64,000 bases of DNA, taken from NCBI GenBank assembly GCA_038747195.1, contig JBCDKA010000002.1, forward strand, positions 19,616 to 83,615, read 5' to 3'. A program made the translations under genes and the position numbers. Source of the stretch: Pseudomonadota bacterium (GTDB taxonomy: Bacteria; Pseudomonadota; Gammaproteobacteria; Xanthomonadales; SZUA-38). The notes under the pieces are model-generated. The model was not told the origin of the DNA. It ran no database searches and saw nothing but the letters and a program-made list of their open reading frames with translations. Shown piece after piece: positions 20,129-29,242 of the stretch; the first letter of the stretch is position 1; the number at the start of each line of letters is the position of its first letter.

Positions 20129-21610
20129 TCAGGATTCGAAGCTGTCTCTGAATAGCGTGTCGGTGACGGGGTCCAGCTCTAAAGCACCGATGTCGGGACT
20201 GAGGCCACGCTCGCGCCCGAGGATGTCGTCAAATGCCGCGGACGCCGGGTCGGCCGCATCCACACCGGCCGTGCCTGGCGCGGGTGTGCCAAACCGAATG
20301 ACCAGCGATTCAAATACCTGCCGGATGGTGCTTGAGCCGTCAGCAAAGGTCGTCCCGTTCCAGGTAGGCGGCACAAGGCCAAGCTGATCGGCGAACTGCG
20401 GGTCGGCAACGATGGCGTTAGCGTCGTCGCTGAAACGCAGATCCTGACCGTTATCCTCGGGGATGGGGTTCGCGCCGTTGAAGTACAGATTGTTGTCCAG
20501 CGTAGCTGCTGCCGTGTTGCCGGCGGGTGCGTCGAACAGATCGACGCCGCTAAAGCCTTCTGTGCCCATTGTTCCGGTCGGATCGGCGTAGATATTGTTG
20601 GCGAAAGTCAGATTCTCGTTGGCCGGGTTGGCGCCGGAGGCCAGCAGCCGGCCGGCAAAGCTGCGCGCCGCCATGTCGCCCACCAGCGTGTTGTTGCGAA
20701 AGATCAGGTCGCGAGAGCCCTGGACGGTGAGCGGGGAGCGCATCAGATCTGTGCTGTTGCCGATCATCAGATTGTTTTCCACGAGCAGATCGCGGGCTTC
20801 AAAATTTGCCGTGCCGTCTTCGCCAAACCGTAGGAAGCTCTGGCCGGCATTTCCGAGCCAGTTCGCAAACACGTTGCGGCGCACCGTGACGTCTTGGGTG
20901 CCCACCACCGTATCGCTGCTGCCGTTGGAGTCTTTGACCACGATATAGGAGCTGGTGGCGTTGTCGACGCTGTTGAAGAACACGTTGTCTTCGATCACCA
21001 CGTCGATCACGCTGTTGACGTCCATGTGCTCGTCCGAACCAAACTGGTTGTAGAACAGGTTACCGATCACTTGCACCCGCTCGGCGCCGTTGTTGATTTT
21101 CAGCAGGTCGTTGTTGGTGCTGTCGTGAATGATGTTGTTGCGAAACGTAATGTCTGACACAACCGGATCGTTGCCGCCATCGCTGCCGTTCACCGCGCCG
21201 AGCAGATCCTGAACCTGCACCACCAGCCCACCGGTATTGCCCGGCGCATGGGCAATGTCGAATCCTTCGATCACGATGTTGCGGCCAGTGAACACCACGA
21301 GGGCCGCACCGCTGTTGTGCCGAAGCTGTGCCTGATAGGGCACCTCCGATCGCACCGTGACGGGCTGGACGAACTGCCGGCGCAGGGTTTGCCGCCCGTT
21401 GTAGAGGCCAGGCCGAACGAGGATTGTGTCACCCCCAACCGCGTTGTCCACCGCGTGGGTCAGGGTAGCCCAGGGGTTGCCGACGGTGCCGTCACCGGTT
21501 TGATCGCTGCCGTCTACAGCGACATAGCGGAGCCCGCCCGCGAGGGCAGACGCGCTCCAAAACAAAAGCGTGACCGCACAAAGGCATCGACACACAAGCC
21601 GATGATTCAT
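20129..21610 (-). CDS. Exported right-handed parallel beta-helix protein (DUF1565/pectate-lyase-like)
   Basis: Signal peptide (CLCAVTLLFWSASALAGG). GNPWATLTHAVDNAVGGDTILVRPGLY cap, repeated N-x-[IVF] helix rungs, PDIGALE, terminal LFRDSFES. Start set at ATG 21610 (GGAGAG upstream); the track start is GTG 21619. Confidence 0.8.
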   Translation of the reverse strand: MNHRLVCRCLCAVTLLFWSASALAGGLRYVAVDGSDQTGDGTVGNPWATLTHAVDNAVGGDTILVRPGLYNGRQTLRRQFVQPVTVRSEVPYQAQLRHNSGAALVVFTGRNIVIEGFDIAHAPGNTGGLVVQVQDLLGAVNGSDGGNDPVVSDITFRNNIIHDSTNNDLLKINNGAERVQVIGNLFYNQFGSDEHMDVNSVIDVVIEDNVFFNSVDNATSSYIVVKDSNGSSDTVVGTQDVTVRRNVFANWLGNAGQSFLRFGEDGTANFEARDLLVENNLMIGNSTDLMRSPLTVQGSRDLIFRNNTLVGDMAARSFAGRLLASGANPANENLTFANNIYADPTGTMGTEGFSGVDLFDAPAGNTAAATLDNNLYFNGANPIPEDNGQDLRFSDDANAIVADPQFADQLGLVPPTWNGTTFADGSSTIRQVFESLVIRFGTPAPGTAGVDAADPASAAFDDILGRERGLSPDIGALELDPVTDTLFRDSFES

Positions 21611-21857
21611 CACCAACACTCTCCCAAAACGATCCAGGACACTAGCACCGCAGCCTCGCGAAAACTGCGAACTCTGTCGGGCACTCCAAGCAACTCGGGT
21701 TCACCGTGACCTGATGCGAAGCGTCGGGTACGTCCGACCCAAGTGTTATCGGTCTGTCGTAAGGAGAATTTAAGAACGCCGTGAGCCAGAAGCGTCTTTC
21801 GAAATCGGTTTGCCTTCGCTTGAGGGTCGGCGCCGCAGCGACGCCGACCACGGAGAT

Positions 21858-23690
21858 TCAGCGCACGAAGCAGGTTCCTGTGAAGCCGGCCTCGCTTTTC
21901 TCGAGGGCCGTCGCCAGCCGCCAGCTGCCTACGCCGGCATGATCCCCCAATAGACCTGCGTTGAAGTCCGCCAGCACGCTGTCGGCGTCGGGCGACAGGC
22001 TGCCGCCCGCGCCGCCGCACAGATCGCCGAGCCAGTCGTAGTGCTGCAGGGGGCTGCACCGGAGCCAGATGAGGTTGCGGGAAAGCTGCAATGCCTGTGA
22101 GCCCACGACGTCGAACGCCAGCGGTGAGAGTTTTGTGGTGTCGGTGAGTGAGCACGACTTTAGGCCGCCTACCGCGATCTCGAAGCCGTCTGCAAACAGC
22201 CGGTCGTCGACGAAAATGAGAGTGCCGGTGGCTGGTGTGCCCTGCACGTAACTGCCGCCTTGCAGCTCCAGGATCAAGGTCTCCTCCCCCTCGGTCAGAT
22301 CATCCAGCACAGCGGTAAAACCCAGTTCGCGGGACGCCTGACCTGCCTGGATGTTCACCGTCCCAAAGACCTGCAGCGTGCCGCCGTCGTCTACCGTGAA
22401 GTCGCTGTCTACCACGGTGGACGCCGCGCTGATCATGGCGTTGACGGTCAGTACCTGGTTCACGTTGCCGCCCGTGCGATCCAGACTGAGTACGCCGGCT
22501 GGGCCACCCTCGGCGGCTTCTGGCTGCACAACGCTGATGCTGACCACCGGCGGATCATCGGCCAGGGTGGCGCTGCCACTGTTTGGGGTGTCGATGTTGT
22601 AGCTGCCGGCGGCGAGCGACAGGTCGAGCTGCTCGACGGGTTCGACCCGGTTATCGAGCACGGGGGTAAAGGTCACGTCCCGAAACGCGTTGTTGCCGAA
22701 AATGGTCACGGTCTGAAACGCGGCCAGCGTGCCACCGTCGTCACCGGAGATGTCGTTGGCGCCGGTCAGATTGGCGGTGGTGCTGGGGTCGATCGTTACG
22801 TTGACGGTAAGGTTTTGACCGATGTTGCCGCCGGTGCGGCTGAAGCGGAAGACCATGGGGTCCTGGCCGGCTTCGTCAGCGCTGGCATCGGTTGCCTCGA
22901 GCGTCACGACCGGTGGATCGTCGGCGAGGGTGGCGCTGCCGCTGTTTGGGGTGTCGATGTTGTAGCTGCCGGCGGCGAGCGACAGGTCGAGCTGCTCGAC
23001 GGGTTCGATCCGGTTGTCGAGTACGGGGGTGAAGGTCACGTCGCGAAACGCGTTGTTGCCGAAAATGGTCACGGTCTGAAACGCGGCCAGCGTGCCACCG
23101 TCGTCACCGGAGAGGTCGGGGGCACCGCCGGTCAGATTGGCGGTGGTGCTGGGGTCGATTGTTACGTTGACGGTTAGGTTTTGACCGATGTTGCCGCCGG
23201 TGCGGCTGAAGCGGAAAACCATGGGGTCCTGGCCGGCTTCGTCAGCACTTGCATCGGTTGCTTCCAGCGTCACAACCGGCGGATCGTCCTCAACGGTGAT
23301 GCTCGCAGAAGAGTTGCTGCCGATCGTATAGCCAGACCCTGCCGCAACGGTCACGTCAAACTGTTCCTGACCCTCCACCAGGTTGTCCAAGCGGGGGGTC
23401 AGCGTGATCGTTCTGGACGATTGGCCGTTGTTAAAAGTCACGGTGCCAAAGGCGATAAGTGTTCCACCGTCATCGAAGGAAAAATCGTTGTTTGCTGCGG
23501 TTCCACCAATCGTGACGTTGACGGTCAGGCTGCCGGCGGAGCTGGCGCGGGTGAACTCAAACGTGCCGGGTACCTGCCCCAGTTCGCTGGTTGGAGATGG
23601 CGGCACCAGGGTCGTGACGTTCACCTCGTTGCCCCCTCCAAGGGCAAGCGTCGGAAGAAGGAGCAGTGCAAAGCAGGCAATACGATTCAT
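21858..23690 (-). CDS. Exported protein with four Calx-beta-like modules and a Cys-containing C-terminal domain
   Basis: Signal peptide MNRIACFALLLLPTLALGG. Calx-beta-like blocks (FRFSRTGGNIGQNLTVNVTI...DDGGTLAAFQTVTIFGNNAFRDVTFTPVLDNR.EP.E). Internal LFADGFE followed by a 106-aa domain with four Cys and GSWRLATALE (weakly DUF1566-like). Confidence 0.85.
   Translation of the reverse strand: MNRIACFALLLLPTLALGGGNEVNVTTLVPPSPTSELGQVPGTFEFTRASSAGSLTVNVTIGGTAANNDFSFDDGGTLIAFGTVTFNNGQSSRTITLTPRLDNLVEGQEQFDVTVAAGSGYTIGSNSSASITVEDDPPVVTLEATDASADEAGQDPMVFRFSRTGGNIGQNLTVNVTIDPSTTANLTGGAPDLSGDDGGTLAAFQTVTIFGNNAFRDVTFTPVLDNRIEPVEQLDLSLAAGSYNIDTPNSGSATLADDPPVVTLEATDASADEAGQDPMVFRFSRTGGNIGQNLTVNVTIDPSTTANLTGANDISGDDGGTLAAFQTVTIFGNNAFRDVTFTPVLDNRVEPVEQLDLSLAAGSYNIDTPNSGSATLADDPPVVSISVVQPEAAEGGPAGVLSLDRTGGNVNQVLTVNAMISAASTVVDSDFTVDDGGTLQVFGTVNIQAGQASRELGFTAVLDDLTEGEETLILELQGGSYVQGTPATGTLIFVDDRLFADGFEIAVGGLKSCSLTDTTKLSPLAFDVVGSQALQLSRNLIWLRCSPLQHYDWLGDLCGGAGGSLSPDADSVLADFNAGLLGDHAGVGSWRLATALEKSEAGFTGTCFVR
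22552..23280. repeat. Intragenic tandem duplication, 363 bp + 366 bp, near-identical
   Basis: Copy 1 is 22552..22914 and copy 2 is 22915..23280. Aligned by eye they differ by scattered substitutions and one 3-nt indel. Each encodes one whole Calx-beta-like module (DDPPVVTLEATDASADEAGQDPMVFRFSRTGGN...SGSATLA). Confidence 0.9.
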
Positions 23691-23887
23691 CACGAAATTC
23701 TCCGAAAGAGCTGTTCAGTCAAGCTAAATTCTGTGCGTGGGAGATTCTCGATGCTTGAACAAAGCTTGACGAAACTCTAACGAAGTCCCTAAAACCGCCA
23801 ATGTCTGACGTTTATGAGTGGTCGTGCTTGCTCAAGCCGTAGGATGGAGGCTCGCTAGGTAAAATTCCCGGCGCGGCCCGCAGCGGG

Positions 23888-26269
23888 TCAATTGACTGAG
23901 GACAGGGCCTGTTGGAGCTGCTGCAGCTCAAGCTCATCGGAGGATCGCCAGCCTTCGCCAAGGAGTTGCTTGCGCCGCAGCGCGTGGTCCAGCGCGAGGG
24001 CAGGGTTGTTGTGGTAGGCATGAAAGCGTGACAGGAAAGCCAGGGCATTGGCACTGGCCTGCGCGTCATCGGACAGCTCCTTAGCAAGCATCGCCAGGCG
24101 CTGGTCGGTCGGGTCATAGCCCAATAGCCACAGCCCGAACAGACCGCCGATATCGTAGGCGGCGATCGGGGATTCCTGGCCGCTAGCCTCCTGATAGGCG
24201 GCTGCAATTTGCGTGATGGCGGAGGCCGTATCGCCGCGCTCTAGCGCGAGACGGGCTTTGGCCACCTGTAAATCGACGGCAAGCTGTGAGACCTCTGAGC
24301 TGGCGATGACCGACTCGGCTTTTGCAACCGCCTCCGCGGCGTCGTCGGTTTTCTGGTCGTCCAGTAGCGTGTTAGCCAGAGCGATATGGCTGGTCGCCTG
24401 GCTCAGGGGTTCCTGAATACTGCCGGCCAGGCCCGCCGCGGCCTCAAACAGTTCGGTTGCTCTTCCGATGTTGTGCATGGCTCGTTCCACCCGCCCGCCC
24501 TGCAGCAAGGCATCCGCCTCGCTACTGGGATTGCCTACCTCCGCGGCAATCGAGCGGGCCTGCGCCGCCATTTCGCGGGCTTCGGTAAGACGACCGAGTC
24601 GGCGCAAGGCCGCCGCCAGATCAGAGCTGGCTTGCGCCTCGAGCACCGGATCCTCGTACTCCTGTGCCGCTGCGAGCACGCGCTCCTGAAACGTCAGCGC
24701 CTCCGCCCAGAAACCCCGGACCATCTTGATGTCCGCGAGCACGCTCATGGTCAGGGCAACCTGAAGGGGTAGCTCCAGCTCCCGCCGCAGCTCGAGCGAT
24801 TCTTCCAGCACCGCTTCTGCCTCAGCGTAGCGGGACTGATCGGTGTAGAGATTACCCAGGTTCTTGAGCGCCGTGGCTTCATTAAAGCGGTCGCCGGACT
24901 GCTGGTAATGCTGCAGCGCTTCGAGGAAGCGAACTTCTGCGTCCTGGTACTGGCCCGAGGTAGCGGCCAGGATGCCCAGATTGGCCGTCACGCTGGCGAT
25001 GTAGTCCGCGTTGTTTTCGGCTCGATAGTTTTCCAGTGACTGGTTGTACCAATCCCGCGCTGCGTCTTTGTCGCCACGGCGCCATGCCAGAATGCCCGAG
25101 ACCGACTGCACGGCCGCCAGCATGCTCATGTTCCCGCTGGCCTCCGCGGCCGCCAGCAGCTCCTTGTTGAGCTGGTCTGTATAGTCATAGTCACCGAGGA
25201 ATCGGACCACCAGGCTCAGGTGGTATTTGGCCTCGAGCAGATCCGGCGCCGCCGCCAGCACCGTGTCAAAGTATCGGGCGGCGTCTTCGTGACGGCCCCG
25301 CAAGCGCGCGTCCAGGCCACGCGCGAAGGCTTCGTTAACAAAGACATCGTCCGTCACCAGGCTGCTTTGCGCTCGCTGGGCACCCTGCCAGCGAGACAGC
25401 CGTTCGCTCAGGCTCTGTGCTGCCGCAACAGCCAGCAGCGCAACATCTTCTCCGTAGAGTGACAGCGGCGGCAGGTCACCGCGGGCTTCCACGGGCTGAA
25501 TATCCAGGCGCAGTCCGTCACCCTCCTTGGAAAGTCGGGGAACCAAAACGCTGTCTGCGCCGGTGCTCAGCCGCAGGAGCCGCGCCTGTTCCTCTGGGTC
25601 GGCGGCCTCTGGATAGCGTCGGAGTGTGGCCAGCACAGTTCCCGGACGAACCCTGGTGACACCGGCGTCCGCCAGCGATTCGTCCATCAGCGACGGTATG
25701 CCCAGCCGAGCCCACTCGAGATCGACGTCACCCGTGTCGTTGCGCACCGGCAATACGGCAATTCGGATGGGCTCCCCGCTGCGGCTCGACGGTCGATTGG
25801 TCCAAACTGCCAGGAACGCCACGACCAGCGCGGTCAGGGCGATGGCCCACAGCCAGCCGCTTCGCCCAGCCGGTTTTTCGGGCGTGGTGGTCGATTGATC
25901 CGCGCTGTTTTCCAGACGCTCTACCGGCTGAACAAACCGGTAGCCGACCCCATAAGCGGTAGCGATAAACGATTCGGGCCCTTCTCCGCCGAGGGCTCGG
26001 CGCGCGCGGCTGACGGCCTGGGCTACGGTCGATTCCGAGACCGGTCGTCCGGCCCAGACCTTATCCAGCAGCTCCGCTTTTTCGACGACCCGACCTTCGC
26101 TCGCCATGAGATAGGCCAGCAGATCAAAGGCGCGCTTCTCGATGGCGATTGAATCGCCGTCGATCGTCATTTCGCGGCGGGCGGTGTCGACAATGACCGT
26201 GCCGCACTTAAAGAGGGGCAAGGTAGGCGGTTGCCCGTGATCCGAAATGTCCGAATCCGTTACTTCCAT
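23888..26269 (-). CDS. Membrane-anchored CadC/ToxR-like winged-helix regulator with TolB-N-like and TPR regions
   Basis: N-terminal OmpR/PhoB-type wHTH without receiver (EKRAFDLLAYLMASEGRVVEKAELLDKVW...TAYGVGYRF). One TM (WLWAIALTALVVAFLAVW). IRIAVLPVRNDTGD block, then many TPR-like repeats. Confidence 0.85.
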   Translation of the reverse strand: MEVTDSDISDHGQPPTLPLFKCGTVIVDTARREMTIDGDSIAIEKRAFDLLAYLMASEGRVVEKAELLDKVWAGRPVSESTVAQAVSRARRALGGEGPESFIATAYGVGYRFVQPVERLENSADQSTTTPEKPAGRSGWLWAIALTALVVAFLAVWTNRPSSRSGEPIRIAVLPVRNDTGDVDLEWARLGIPSLMDESLADAGVTRVRPGTVLATLRRYPEAADPEEQARLLRLSTGADSVLVPRLSKEGDGLRLDIQPVEARGDLPPLSLYGEDVALLAVAAAQSLSERLSRWQGAQRAQSSLVTDDVFVNEAFARGLDARLRGRHEDAARYFDTVLAAAPDLLEAKYHLSLVVRFLGDYDYTDQLNKELLAAAEASGNMSMLAAVQSVSGILAWRRGDKDAARDWYNQSLENYRAENNADYIASVTANLGILAATSGQYQDAEVRFLEALQHYQQSGDRFNEATALKNLGNLYTDQSRYAEAEAVLEESLELRRELELPLQVALTMSVLADIKMVRGFWAEALTFQERVLAAAQEYEDPVLEAQASSDLAAALRRLGRLTEAREMAAQARSIAAEVGNPSSEADALLQGGRVERAMHNIGRATELFEAAAGLAGSIQEPLSQATSHIALANTLLDDQKTDDAAEAVAKAESVIASSEVSQLAVDLQVAKARLALERGDTASAITQIAAAYQEASGQESPIAAYDIGGLFGLWLLGYDPTDQRLAMLAKELSDDAQASANALAFLSRFHAYHNNPALALDHALRRKQLLGEGWRSSDELELQQLQQALSSVN

Positions 26270-26386
26270 GGTTTAAGGAGTGTAACGCAGCGACCGGCCT
26301 TAACAGGCCCTTGTTTCCGATCCCGTCATGACATCGTCAGGATCCGTTCAGTACTTCCCGCAAAAGATTTTGCAAAGTGCGATGCT

Positions 26387-26809
26387 ATGAAGGCGATGCT
26401 GATCGTAGTGGCGACAATCACGCTGATGCAGGGCGACCTGGCGGGTCGGCCCGCGGCAGATGTCCCTGAGTTGAGCGCACGATTGCTCGGCCAGTTCTCC
26501 GGGATGGAGCAAGACGGCCGGCGTCAAGTGGACCTGCGAATACGGTTTTTTTCGACCGCCAGCGGCGGTCTGCCGGTCGCTGAGAGGACGTTTTCCGATG
26601 TGCCGCTCGCGGGCGGCCAATTTTCCGTTGCACTGGATCCACGGGGGCTGGCGGGTTCAGCGACGTACGTTGAGGTGGGGCTGCGCCCGGCTGGACGACG
26701 ATATGCGGAGTTTCAACCCGCGGGTCAGCGCCGAGCGCTCGAGCTCGATCAGGGCGGTGTCGAATCGGTCTGGCGTCTCAGGCTGGCCGGCGACGACCCG
26801 GACAGCTAG
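26387..26809 (+). CDS. Small hypothetical exported protein
   Basis: Hydrophobic N-terminus MKAMLIVVATITLM and coding-like composition, but no recognisable motif. Start chosen at ATG 26387 because track start 26231 overlaps the divergent regulator gene. Confidence 0.35.
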   Translation: MKAMLIVVATITLMQGDLAGRPAADVPELSARLLGQFSGMEQDGRRQVDLRIRFFSTASGGLPVAERTFSDVPLAGGQFSVALDPRGLAGSATYVEVGLRPAGRRYAEFQPAGQRRALELDQGGVESVWRLRLAGDDPDS

Positions 26810-26958
26810 CGGGCCTTGAGGACTCGCGTCTTGTCCTGGCGAAACCGCAAGTTTGGCATACGCGCGGTACGACCGACGCTACCGGGTAGGTCGAATGTCA
26901 CTTGCGGCTGATAAGGCCGCTCCATACTTTAGCGGCCTGCTAAACGAGAGCCTGCCCC

Positions 26959-29073
26959 ATGAAACGATCCATTTTGGCCCTGAGCGCCCTATCTTTCGTC
27001 CTCCTTGGCTGCAACAGCGCTGACGATGCTGCGCCGGAAAGTTCGCCGAATCCCTCGGCTGAGGCTTCGGCCGCCACCGACGCTGTAGCCGTCGCTCCGG
27101 CAGCCGTCGCCGAACTCATTGACCGGGAGAAGATCTTCGGCAATCCCGAGCAGGCGCAGGGCCGGATCAGCCCCGACGGCAAATACGTCAGCTGGCTCGC
27201 TCCGGTCAACAATGTGCTTAACGTGTGGGTCGCGCCCGCGGACGATCTGTCAGCAGCGCGGGCGATTACGCAGGACACGTCTCGTGGCATCAACAACCAC
27301 TTTTGGTCGCCGGACGCTAAGTTTGTCTACTACCAGCAGGACAAAGGCGGCAACGAAAACTTCCACGTATACGCCGCTAACGTTGAGACCGGTGAGGTGC
27401 GTGACCTGTCGCCCTTTGAGGAATCCGTGCGCGCAGGCATTCAGGCCGTATCAAAGGAGCGTCCCGGTGAAGTGCTGATCGCCGCCAACGCTCGCAACCC
27501 GCAGCTGTTCGACCTCTATCTGGTAGATGTTGCCACCGGTGAGCGGGAGCTCGTGGCGGAAAATCCCGGCTACGGCGGGTGGCTGGTGGACAACACGCTG
27601 ACCCCGCGCTTTGGCATGAAGCAAACCGCAACCGGCGGCGCTGATTACGTGGATATGGAAGGAAACACGCTGTTTTCTGTGCCGGTGGAGGACGTGCTCA
27701 CGACCAACGCCTTCGGGTTTGATGCCACCAATAACTATATTTTTGCCGTCGACAGCCGCGGCCGGGACAAGGCCGCGCTGGTGAAGATGGCTGTTGCTGA
27801 CGGCAGCACCGAGGTGCTGGCTCAGAGTGACACCGCGGACATCAGCGACGTTCTTCTCGATCCCAATACCTTTGAGCCGCTGGCTTACGCGGTGGACTAT
27901 CTGCGCAACGAGTGGACGCCCCTGACGGAAGAAACAGGCAAAGACCTCGCTTTTCTGGACGACCAGCTCGTCGGAGACTTTGACATTACGTCCGCCACTG
28001 ACGACCTCAGCCGCGTTGTTGTCTACGCGGAGTCGGCCCAGGCGCCAGGCGTCTACCTGATGTACGACCGCAAGGCGCAAACCCTGACCGAACTTTTTTC
28101 GACCCGGCCGGATCTGACCGGAGCGCCGCTCCAGCCCATGCACCCGGTTGAGATTCCGTCTCGCGACGGCCTGACCCTGGTGTCTTACCTTACGCTGCCG
28201 CCGGGATCTGACGAGGACGGCGACGGTCGGCCCGACTCGCCGCAGCCCATGGTACTGGACGTTCACGGTGGCCCCTGGGCACGCGACAACTATGGCTACA
28301 ACGCCTGGCATCAGTGGCTTTCCAACCGGGGATACGCCGTGCTGTCGGTCAACTATCGAGGCTCAACCGGCTTCGGCAAAGACTTTGTGAACGCGGCAGT
28401 CGGTGAGTTTGCCGGCAAGATGCATGATGACTTGATCGACGGCGTGAACTGGGCTGTCACCGAGGGCATCGCAAAAGAAGATCAGGTGGCGATCGCCGGC
28501 GGTTCCTACGGTGGTTACGCGACGCTGATCGGCGTTTCATTTACGCCCGACACTTTCGCGTGTGGGGTGGATCTCGTGGGTCCGTCGAGCCTGGTGACGC
28601 TGATCGAAAGCTTCCCGGATTATTGGAAGCCGTTTCTGGAAGGAAGCTGGTTCAAGTATGTCGGAGACCCGTCGGACGCCGACGAGCGTGCTGACATGTA
28701 CAACCGATCTGCCATCAGCCGCGTCGACGATATTTCGGTGCCGCTGCTGATCGGCCAGGGCCAGAACGACCCGCGGGTTACCAAGAATGAGAGCGATCAG
28801 CTGGTGGCGGCGATGGATGAAAGAGAGCTGCCGGTCACCTACGTCAATTTCCCGGATGAGGGCCATGGCTTTGTCCGGCCCGAAAATCGCCTGGCCTTTT
28901 ATTCGGTGATGGAGGGTTTTCTGTCGCGCTGTCTGGGTGGGCGAGCTGAACCGATTGGTGATGCTTTCGCTGGCTCCAGCGTCGAGATCCTGCATGGCGA
29001 GCAGTACGTTGAGGGCCTTGCTGCCGCCGTCGAAAAAATGAAGCCTGCTGCCGAGGCGGCGGCCGAGGGCTAA
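26959..29073 (+). CDS. S9-family serine peptidase lipoprotein (prolyl oligopeptidase / dipeptidyl peptidase type)
   Basis: Lipobox LLGC. N-terminal propeller-like region. Catalytic triad motifs GGSYGGY (Ser), GQNDPRV (Asp), DEGHGF (His). Confidence 0.9.
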   Translation: MKRSILALSALSFVLLGCNSADDAAPESSPNPSAEASAATDAVAVAPAAVAELIDREKIFGNPEQAQGRISPDGKYVSWLAPVNNVLNVWVAPADDLSAARAITQDTSRGINNHFWSPDAKFVYYQQDKGGNENFHVYAANVETGEVRDLSPFEESVRAGIQAVSKERPGEVLIAANARNPQLFDLYLVDVATGERELVAENPGYGGWLVDNTLTPRFGMKQTATGGADYVDMEGNTLFSVPVEDVLTTNAFGFDATNNYIFAVDSRGRDKAALVKMAVADGSTEVLAQSDTADISDVLLDPNTFEPLAYAVDYLRNEWTPLTEETGKDLAFLDDQLVGDFDITSATDDLSRVVVYAESAQAPGVYLMYDRKAQTLTELFSTRPDLTGAPLQPMHPVEIPSRDGLTLVSYLTLPPGSDEDGDGRPDSPQPMVLDVHGGPWARDNYGYNAWHQWLSNRGYAVLSVNYRGSTGFGKDFVNAAVGEFAGKMHDDLIDGVNWAVTEGIAKEDQVAIAGGSYGGYATLIGVSFTPDTFACGVDLVGPSSLVTLIESFPDYWKPFLEGSWFKYVGDPSDADERADMYNRSAISRVDDISVPLLIGQGQNDPRVTKNESDQLVAAMDERELPVTYVNFPDEGHGFVRPENRLAFYSVMEGFLSRCLGGRAEPIGDAFAGSSVEILHGEQYVEGLAAAVEKMKPAAEAAAEG

Positions 29074-29242
29074 CATCCCAAGAGCCTGGGCTGTCGGGTG
29101 CACTCGGCAGCCCAGTCCTCGACTAACCGCATTTAACGGCTGACACCGATCGACTCGACGGACGTTAGCCATTGCCCGGTGGCCTGCCCGGCGACCGGCA
29201 AAAGCCGGTACCATGGGCGGCCCGCACCAGCGTGGAACGACC

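Noticed and set aside
22260-23177. 305-aa plus-strand ORF across the Calx-beta repeats
   Set aside because: It is antisense to the well-supported Calx-beta gene. Its internal 'repeat' only mirrors the tandem duplication on the other strand.
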